DNA from: Dimargaris cristalligena
Lineage: Eukaryota
DNA length: 45,554 nucleotides
Reading direction: 5' to 3'
Assembly: GCA_003614675.1 (NCBI GenBank)
Contig: ML002302.1
Location: 1-45,554 of the forward strand
The notes beneath the pieces were generated by a model, which saw nothing but the letters and a program-made list of their open reading frames with translations, was not told the origin of the DNA and did not search any database. Positions 36,598 to 45,554 of this stretch are shown in pieces; the stretch's first letter is position 1; each line of letters opens with the position of its first letter. A program made the position numbers and the translations under genes.

Positions 36598-38940
36598 CTA
36601 CGCGGATTTAGAAATCGGCATCTTGTATTTCTTCCAATTCTTAGTATTAGGGACTTTAGGAGCCCGCACAGTCCCGCCGGACTGATCGGCCGCGGCTTTC
36701 CGCTTAGATTTTTTGGATGACTGTGAAGTATTTTGGTTATCCGTCGGGTGGTGGTCCATGGGCTCCACCGGAGCGAGCACCTCCCACGCCGGGAGGGACG
36801 TAAGGTCTTCAATAACTTCGGGTTCTCCGACCCGCTCAAATAAAGCGGCGAAAAACCCAATTGTATGATCCATATCCGGCTGACAGCGAATGACGCATTC
36901 CGCCTGTTCGGCCGTTAGGGGGTGGAGCTCCGACTCCTGGGTGTCCGTGGGCGAGTCGTCCAGAACGGCATCGGGTCGAGGTGTGGTTGGTTCGGGTAGG
37001 CCAGAGATACCCCGGTGGGTCCAAGTGGGTAAACACCGTGGCCGCTCTACCAGCTGGAAATGGGGGTTAGTGGCTAGAACGCGGGCCACCACTGATTCAT
37101 TTTCAATGTGATGCAGAGAACAAGTGGAATATACAATGCGCTTTACACCCGGGACTGGTAACCGCGATAAGTGAATATCCGCCCGGATTGGATTAAAAGA
37201 TACGGCAATATAAAAATAAACAAAGAAAGGTGGTTACTGTGTTAGCAGGCAGCTTGATAATGGGGGCACGATATATTTGGAAACATACTTAGCCGGGGGG
37301 GGGGGTTACACTACCAAACCTACAGTTTGGGGAGGGGTAATTCACCCAAATCTATAAGCAACTTACATGTCATGGCGTGGTTGAGTAGTCTGACCTGGAC
37401 CTCGGCTAAATTAGCCAGACGTTCCGCCAAACTGATCCGCTGGCGCTCTTGCCGGACGTCCTCATCGGCTGCGAACTGATCGACCAGATAATCCAACCGA
37501 TTCACGATTCCCGATCCGGAACACGACGGGTCCAACAATATATATTCCACCTGGGCCATTTCGCGGGAATGGGGCGGAACTTCCATGAAATCCCCCTGCA
37601 GGGCCCGGATGGCGCGGCAACCGGCCTTGCCGGTGAGGATTTCGAGGGTCCGTAGCCGCCGCGGGTCTTTGTCAAAGGCATAAATGGTACCCTGATTCGC
37701 CATGAGTCCGCACAAGTGACTGGTTTTATTACCCGGTGCGGCACAGGCATCGATCACCTGAGCGTGCGGGGCGGGAGCTAACAGGGTGGCGGGGAAGCAG
37801 GAAGCCTTGTCCTGGAGGATAATGTCCCCCGAGACAAAAAGAGGGTGGTCATGGAGATCAGTTTGGACGGGAAAGACGAGCATATCGGATAAGTGTTCGT
37901 CGATTTGCATGACCTGACCTCTGAATAAAAAATATAAAAAAGTAGGGTGATGGGTATGCGTATCAGGTGTAAGTCGTCAAGGGAGGAATTGGGTGTACCT
38001 CATAGAAAATGAGTCCTGTTGGGTAAATTTTGGAATATAAACGCCACAAATTCCCCTATAATTGGCCTTAGTATCATGTAGTAGCCAGCAGTATCAAGGC
38101 AGGCAGTTGTCATCTCAGCAATGTAAACCGAAACCTACTTGAGTTTTGATAGCAGTACCGGCGGCGTATTGAGCACGAAACCCTGCTCTTCAAATTTCTG
38201 GATAACCTTGGCCATGGTGGTTTTGAGCAGATTGATCCGAACGTAGCGCGGGGGTGTATCTATAGGAGATTGTTAACAGCATATTAATGTAAAGGGATCA
38301 GTAACTAGGTACAATGGCCTATCTAGAGTAACACAGGGCAGACATATAGCCAGGGCATATGGCAGGGGTTATTGCTCCTGCTATAACCCATAAACATAAT
38401 ACAGTGGTTAGCCATTTCTACCATTGAGCAATTCAAATACATACTCAGAGCGAGGTCAGCGGCCTCCTGTAGCTGCTGTTTCTTTTCCAAATTCCGTTCG
38501 GCTACGAGTTCATCGAGTGCTGTTTCGAGCTGGGGCCGCGCCGCCGTCATGCACTCCTTCAGTAATCCCCGCGGCAGTTGCACCGTACCCTTCTTGGTGA
38601 ACAAGGTATCGTGAGTCAACACCAGCGCTAAACTCAGCGAGTCGTTTAAAACGGGATACTGGGCCAGAAGGTCGCTTCGCTCAATGATCGTCGTGAGAGC
38701 TCGGGCGTATTTGAGGGTCTCACACACTAGGGCGTAGAGGGGGCGGCGTTTTTGGTCGGGGACGTCCCGGTTACCAATGGTCAGACCCTTGATGGTGCCC
38801 GACCGGTACTTCAGCCGGTCCAGGACTTGCCGGGCAAACTCGTACAGGTCGGTTTGACCAGCACTAGGCCGTCTCCGATCAGAATGGGTAGAATGGTGGG
38901 CAGGGCGCGGGGCCTTATGGGGCAGGCGATTAGGGGCCAT
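36598..38940 (-). CDS. RCM1: 25S/28S rRNA cytosine-C5 methyltransferase (NSUN5/Rcm1), 575 aa, 4 exons
   Basis: Exons 38940-38445, 38259-38139, 37920-37367 and 37154-36598 are frame-consistent. N-terminal LYALVCETLKY, PRYVRINLLK, ILQDKASCFPA, IDACAAPGNKTSHL, catalytic LLDPSCSGSG and VYSTCS...ENE, GFFAALF, basic tail. Confidence 0.95.
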
Positions 38941-39311
38941 GGGTCAGAAGGGGGGGGGGGGGTTGTGCGGGTTATATTGGGTTGGGCAATGGGACTGTAA
39001 TGGGTCGAGTCGGGTGAATAATTCGCTTTTCGTAATAAGTTGGTTTGGGAGTGGATTGTATTTACATGTACTAAATGTTGCGAGCGCCCATAGACTTAGG
39101 CCCAGGGTCTCGGTTATTTTTCCAATGGGAAATTCAACGGCATGAGCACTCCCCTCTATTTTTTCATTTTAGTTATTTGCTGAAAAACCTGGCTTCAGTA
39201 TTTATCTGCGCGGGTCACGTGCATAATACGATAGATCTTCCATTGTACTCCCACAACAACAATGATCATCATCTCTTCAAGCCTAGTTTGGAGACCACCT
39301 TATATAATATA

Positions 39312-39345
39312 CGAGAGGTTCAACTAGGCTGTTCATAAAAAAAAT
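39312..39345 (+). mobile_element. MITE family left-end fragment (copy G)
   Basis: TA|CGAGAGGTTCAACTAGGCTG matches the left terminus of copies C and D. No matching right terminus was found. Confidence 0.45.
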
Positions 39346-40207
39346 CACACTTAACAACCATTTCAGATTGAATAACTAATGGCTTTAATACGGGCTACCT
39401 TGTATTAACAAAAGGCGTATCTGTCCCGTAATACGGTATCTCGTGCCATGATTGAGGGTGATAGACAGCCCCGCCCAACAATGTTGTCAATTATTAAAAA
39501 TGTCTTGTGGTAAGGTGTATTGTCATACAGGGAAAGGGGAGGATACAGCCAATGCTTGAACTAGAATCATAGCAACCAACCGTGTAGTCCTTTTGGTGGG
39601 GAAGTGAGTACAAGTCGCAGTCTTCCTTGGGCATTGACTCTGTTTTGCCTTTGGCCATGCTAATTGTTACACCGTTTGCTGTCTTGAAGCACCCAAAGCA
39701 TCTACCATTGGTTATGACGAATGATTTTTCCATATCTGCCATACCTTGCTTGACATTTCATCGGGAAATTTATTCCTTTCTCCATCACAATTTTAGCGTC
39801 CTAAATGACTTAGTACCCTCATCCGACAGTATCTCTTACATCTGTCGCCCTATTGTGAATGGTCATTGTATACGCCTCGCATAATCCGCGGTGGCCCCTT
39901 CTTTATCTCCTCTACTTGGCCATGATTTGCGCTTGCTACTACCAAGTCATTATATTTAGGACTCCCAAAGGTTTTTTACATGCCAAGCAATTGCCAGGGT
40001 CCATAGTGACTAATGCCTAATTGTATATCTGAGTGGGTTTATTTCGAAGGAAATCAAATCATACTCATCTGACAGGAAGATATTCCTAAACTCATTGTTA
40101 ATCCGTACTGGGACAGGCAACCGGGCCGAAGCGCAAAAAATAAAAGAGAATCTATAAAACCACGGTAATAATAACACCCCAGGAGGTAAGATCAATCATA
40201 GTTTCGA

Positions 40208-40242
<35 letters not shown>

Positions 40243-40369
40243 GGTTGGGCGTCGCTCATCTCTACTTGCAAGCCAGCATTGACACTATAAATGTCACCCG
40301 AGTCTTAGTTAAAGCGCGGGAGCACACGCAATGAGGGGGATGTGAGTGGAGTTAAGCTACCGACATGCT

Positions 40370-40624
40370 CTAATTCTTGGAGGCACTTTTGTTGCATGCT
40401 TCTTTCTCGGCCAAAGTGGCGTGTTCGTGGCCCTGCATGCACATGAACAGCTTATGTTGCTGTTTGGGATCAAAGGGGGCACGCACCGATGCGTTGAGTT
40501 GGGCTTGGACCAAGTGGGAAGGTCGCATAGCAAGATCACTCTCGGCGTTGGGCAATACGGCCGCCGTGGTGAAGGGGGTCGCAATGGTCAAGAAGGCGAT
40601 CAGAAACGTAGGGCAAGGGCGCAT
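40370..40624 (-). CDS. Small secreted protein, 84 aa, single exon
   Basis: MRPCPTFLIAFLTIATPFTTA-AVLPNAESDLAMRPSHLVQAQLNASVRAPFDPKQQHKLFMCMQGHEHATLAEKEACNKSASKN*. Signal peptide, GC-rich codon usage, TATAAAA on the minus strand at 40738-40732. Confidence 0.7.
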   Translation of the reverse strand: MRPCPTFLIAFLTIATPFTTAAVLPNAESDLAMRPSHLVQAQLNASVRAPFDPKQQHKLFMCMQGHEHATLAEKEACNKSASKN

Positions 40625-42512
40625 CGTGATGAAAGGTGGGCGGCGGCGGTGGTGGGGATGGTCGGCTAAGGAGCTAATGGTCAAGTTGCGGGGCGGGTTG
40701 ATGTATTCGCTAAAGGGGGCCGGGGTTGGTCTTTTATATTTTAGGATGGAGTTAGAATATATATTAGGTCAATCAATTATGGTGCAGTTGGGTGTAATGT
40801 CCACCCTATTCGTATGGTTTTGGCGATTTAGATTTACGAAATCTCTCCTCAGTTAGTTGTCACAAGGACCCCCATTAGGCAACGACCCTACGGCATCCGT
40901 TCATCTGGCCAGCAGTTAGTTCAGGGAGCATGCCATGGTCCTGTCCAACCGGTTGGTCAAATCCACCAATGGTATGGCTGGGCCCTTTTTGTCAAGTAAG
41001 CTCCCAATTGTATAAACCTTATATATCGTTGGCCTTCATGTGCAGCTTCCCTTTTAAGATCAACCAATTGGGCCACGTCGGGTGTAACTGGCTGCCCTGC
41101 GGTTGAGAGCGGGAGTGAGGCGGTGTATGTCTATGAACAGCACCCATGTAATCCAAGATCGAAGATGTCCCGAATTTAATTGGATATGCCTAGTGGGCTT
41201 ATGACAAGGCAGGCTGGATGGCCGTCGCTGAGCAGGTCTGCGAGATGGGTAGTACAGTATTTATCCCCCTCTCCTCCACAGTTTTAAAAATAGAGATATA
41301 ATTACGCACTTGTTTAGGGATCTTACGAATCCGTACTATAGTTAGTGCCCTATGCCGAGGGCGGTGCGGAATTTTAGACTGATTCATCTAACAAGCTAAT
41401 TCATAGTGATAACCTGTATATTAGGGATGGTACTTCCATCCATTATATTCTATTGGCGTACTAGAATATATATCATTAATTATAGACCGTAAATTCAATA
41501 CTACCAACTGTTGCCCTTAAAGCCATGGCAATGGTATAGTCATGGCACTGGCTCCCAGTATAAAAAGTACACGGTACTAAATGTTGACAATGATAATACA
41601 TTGATACATTTACATCCCATTGATAGCCGAAGACTGTCAAACGGGTTTAGTGTAATTTAATGCACGACTTTAAATCCAGTCCTCGGAGTATACTAAAACC
41701 CGGTCCCTCAGCTGATTTAAGTGTATACTAATCCTCAAGGTTTATATGTAACCCCTTTTCAAGTGGACCATGCGGGTTACTCGCGGCTTAATTTGAACAA
41801 ATCGCTGATGCAGACTTACTTGCATGCTTAACTGAATGACGGGGTTGATATATAAAACTGACTTTTGGCATTTCAATTAATAAGAAGCAATTACTACACT
41901 GCGTTTAATTGGCCCAATCGGGAGAATTCGATAATTAGTGCAAGGGAAAGTACGACGTTGGTAGCCCAAACCGATTTCTTAAGGCACTCGTGTATCATTC
42001 CTATTTTCTACCCTAGCCACCTTACCCGTGGCTTTCGCTCGGAGGCCATATAAGCCAAGTGCTGGTCATACACAAAGAATATAAAAAAATGGGACCATGG
42101 AAAGCTAGTCACCCTAAAAAAGCACTGCTCCTCTCGTTTAGGAATGCCATCAAGTCATTGGCGCTGTGCCACACTTCCCACCTGCCTTCCGGGTCCTGCA
42201 CTAGAAGCCAAATTAAGCCTCAGAATGGTGGGTCGGTTAATTGCCCATTTTGAAGCATCATGAGGTGGGCCAAAAAAAAAGCAAAAAACTATGGGGGCTC
42301 CCATGGCTATGTCACACCTGTTCATGTGAACGCGCGGTGGAAGAGCCGAAAAATATAGAGACATTCGGCCAAAATAAGACATGTAGTACGCGGGAACCTA
42401 ATGGGGGATTTACTTTTATGCCGTAGGTTAAAGGACCTAACTAACGCATTACGAGGGTGTTAGGATAAAATCGGCTACGAAAGTTACCAGCCGTCCAAAC
42501 CAAGTAGCAATA

Positions 42513-42760
42513 TAGAGGACAAATTGTTCGTGCAGGGGAAAATGGACCGTATCCACCCTCGGGGCAAGACGACACTTTTGAAGGGCTGTAGTCGACCTTC
42601 TTACTCTTCTTCTTTTGAATACCGGCAGTCAGAGGTTAAATGTTAGGGGGGGATCATGCATGCGGCCATATACATGTGGGCCCAACACCGCCTCCGTATG
42701 GCTCCTGACAAGTATCGGTTGGCGAATCCTCAAAAAGGCCAGTCGCACATTTGTCCTCTC
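42513..42760. mobile_element. Possible second MITE type (248 bp) with short terminal inverted repeats
   Basis: TA|TAGAGGACAAAT ... ATTTGTCCTCTC|TA. The 11-mer AGAGGACAAAT is a perfect inverted repeat and TA lies on both flanks. Only one copy seen. Confidence 0.4.
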
Positions 42761-43442
42761 TACTAAAATGGGGACTCTTCCCTGATATATATTAAAATAA
42801 GCTCTTCATTCCTTGTCGACCATGAACACTGGCGGGGGGAGGGGCCTTTCGGAATGGTGTCCTTCAGTAATATTGGCTACTACACTTTAAGGTTTCAATT
42901 AGACATTCCTAAATGAATCAATCTAGATGCCACTAATAATATACCAACTAGACAGTACTATACATATCGGGAGTACTTCTGTGTATTACGTATCCACTAA
43001 TAACTGTCTAATTAGCACTGCCGTGTCCCCTGCAGCTGAGTATGTTGTTGGTAGGATGTATCAAATAGTTGATCATGTAGTATAAATCTTGGGTGAGTTT
43101 CTGGGTTGAAGGGTTCGTGGGTATCCAGGTGATTGTTTACGCGGTGGGGGACCATGCTTGTGTGAGAAACGGGCCGATCAGTGAGTGGCAATTTGGGAGT
43201 ACTTTATAATACGCGAAGTGACTAGGACATCAACTGGGATGACGCTCCAAAACGGTTTCACTGGCTACTACCATACCTCTCCTACAAATGTAGGGCACTG
43301 GTTCTTCATGAATGTGCGGCTAGATATTTAGGGGGGGGGTTAGTCGAGGAGAAGCAACCCCCATAATCGATTACAACGCCATATATTACCAATCCATAAT
43401 AATATTGAACAATCCCTCTACCAGTTACCAAATTAGAGCAAG

Positions 43443-43580
43443 TGGGAGAGGTTCAACCAGACAGTATAATGAATAATCCGGTTGGCGAAACAAAGCCTAC
43501 TAGTGAAAAATGCATCCCCTGCCTATTTTCCTCTAAACGTATCATTTAAAGCCCTATACAGCTCGGCTGATTTTCACCCA
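43443..43580 (+). mobile_element. MITE family copy D (138 bp, diverged, TA flanks not retained)
   Basis: TGGGAGAGGTTCAACCAGACAGTATAATGAATAATCC...CCCTATACAGCTCGGCTGATTTTCACCCA. Same length as and colinear with copy A. Confidence 0.78.
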
Positions 43581-43999
43581 CCTTTGTGTTGGGGAAGCGA
43601 AGTAGAACAAAGCGCTTCTCGTTTCCCATCCCGCTGTTTTTTTCTTAGGCGTAGGCTTTGAACCTTTTCCTGGCCCCCTTTCTATTTTACATCCCTATTA
43701 TTTCAAGCGGTAAGCCCCATGCCTAATAGTAGAAATACACATATCGTAATAAAACCAAACATAGCCATTTTACTGAATTTACTGAGCAAGCTATCACTAC
43801 CAGGGCCATGATTAAACGGGGCACCTCTTCGGAAGTTAACAATAAAAAATAATAATTGCAAGTGTAGTATAATCAAATCAATCATGTGGGATACGTCCTG
43901 CAAATAAGAAAATAAGTGAGTATGGTGATGAGTGAAAAAATATAATAGCAGCTAACCGGACAGTCACCATTCTTAAGCCGTTTCAGGCATCCTGGACTT

Positions 44000-44263
44000 T
44001 CACTTGCGAGATGGAGGCTTGGGAACGGTCAAAAAATTGGGATTCTGAGGGGGGACTGCGTTCGGGCGATTGGGATCATTCTTGTTAGGAAACCTGGGAG
44101 ATTTAATATTAAAGGTCTTTTTGATTCTCCCTTTGAGGGAATAATAAGCTTGCTTTACAGAGGGCAACTTAATAGGGGCTGGGCTGGCAATAGTGACATT
44201 GGCCAGTGCTAAAGCAACGAGCCCCAACAGGCCGAGAGTAGCAAAGGAAGAAGTGAAACGCAT
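44000..44263 (-). CDS. Small secreted Pro-rich cationic peptide, 87 aa
   Basis: MRFTSSFATLGLLGLVALALANVTIA-SPAPIKLPSVKQAYYSLKGRIKKTFNIKSPRFPNKNDPNRPNAVPPQNPNFLTVPKPPSRK*. Clear signal peptide; TATAAATA on the minus strand near 44450. Confidence 0.72.
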   Translation of the reverse strand: MRFTSSFATLGLLGLVALALANVTIASPAPIKLPSVKQAYYSLKGRIKKTFNIKSPRFPNKNDPNRPNAVPPQNPNFLTVPKPPSRK

Positions 44264-45554
44264 ATTAAAATAGTGAAACAATGTAGGAGGAAAAATGCGT
44301 CATGGAAAGCAACAACTCAATGGACTTGCTTACGGCGGGGGAGTCAAAATTGAGCGAATGGACAGAGTAAAAAGTAGAGTAACGAGGAGGGTATTGGAAA
44401 AAATGGCACTGAGGATATAAGCTCAATCAAGGCGTCGGGGCGACTATTATTTATAATGAACATCGGAGGGGGCCAAGTTGATGCTGTAAAATGAAGGCCT
44501 TGCGGTGAATTGGTGCGCTTTCCCGTTTGTAGTCTACGGCCTTGGTATTCGTAGCGTCCATATCCATATGGCCCACGGGCCTTATATTTTATCCTGTCAG
44601 CGTCGCTGGAAAGATGTGTTTCCCAATAAACCGACGTGCTTGAGTCAACTCTCTCTCTTAACCGTGCTATGTATTTTAGTCAAGATAGAGCAGGGCTACA
44701 ACAAAGCCATGCTGTGAAAGCGGGGTGGAAAATCCTAGTATTCTTTGAGCCCCCGTCTTTCGCTTTGAGTAGCTGCGCCTATAATAAACCCAACTCGATA
44801 GATCCCACGAAGATCGTAGGCCATTGGAATAGATCATCTTTAAACCACGGGCGAGCTTATTCATGGGCTACACCTATACTCTTCCGGACCCTTAGCCCGT
44901 CGGGGAAACCAGTCACTGTAATATCCACAAACGACCCTTCCTTTAGTTTCAACTTTGTGGTGGGCCACTTGGCTTTTCTTTCCCCTCCCTTACGCCTCAT
45001 TTTTACTAGTGGTGACCGTTGCAATGGTTAGGGGAATAGCCGGGCCCCACCAAATATATTTGGCTGGGTAAATGCCAAGTCTATTGCGAGGGTGTGCGGA
45101 TGTGAGTACTATCCGTCCCTTAGAGACACTCCATTATTTGGATAACTTCCTTCTATCCAACTGGTGGTATTAATTCCCTACTTCCATAATCACAATGGAG
45201 ATTGGAGGCATCTCGACTCAACTATAGCGTGTAACAATGTTGTGGGGATAGGTGATGCGGTCGCCTATATGGGCTTTAACCCAGGCACCAAAGTAACCCA
45301 TAATCCAAGAGGACCATCGGGGAGAGGGGGAAACCCAGAGGGGCTATGATGTTTTGGGACTATTTGGCGTGTTGATACCCCTTATACCAGCGTACTGTTG
45401 GAAATATAAGTTTGATGGTAAACGCAAGTGCTTTCAGATACAACTAAAACAATTTAAAGAAGAGAGAAAGAACCGCAAGGGGCAAGGCTAGATGCCCGTG
45501 GTAGGTTTTATTGAGTTGGAATTAGTAGTAATAATGACTAGGACGAAGTCCCGG

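Noticed and set aside
40377-40856. 159-aa plus-strand ORF
   Set aside because: Antisense shadow of the 40624-40370 secreted-protein gene; non-ATG start.

Overview
Intron-containing eukaryotic DNA that looks fungal (fungal-type Tom7, Get1 and a Nab3-like protein; GT-AG introns of about 110-550 nt with CTAAC/CTGAC-type branch points). An early-diverging fungal lineage is my impression, not something the sequence proves. By hand-splicing I reconstructed six conserved housekeeping genes with frame-consistent exon chains: TOM7, a mitochondrion-targeted EngB/YihA GTPase, a Polo-like kinase, a Nab3-like RRM protein, GET1 and the NSUN5/Rcm1 rRNA m5C methyltransferase. An RS-rich gene runs off the left edge. 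The gene-poor stretches between them (about 12-19, 23-32, 34-36 and 39-45 kb) hold two less familiar things. (1) A roughly 138-bp MITE family with ~27-bp terminal inverted repeats and TA flanks, in at least six near-full-length copies of different ages. (2) A set of very small orphan genes encoding signal-peptide-bearing peptides of 53-87 aa. One has an alpha-factor-like processing layout (LxxR, then X-P/X-A dipeptides, a short core and RR); another is a Pro-rich, strongly cationic peptide. No rRNA, tRNA or CRISPR features were recognised. All coordinates and counts were derived by eye.
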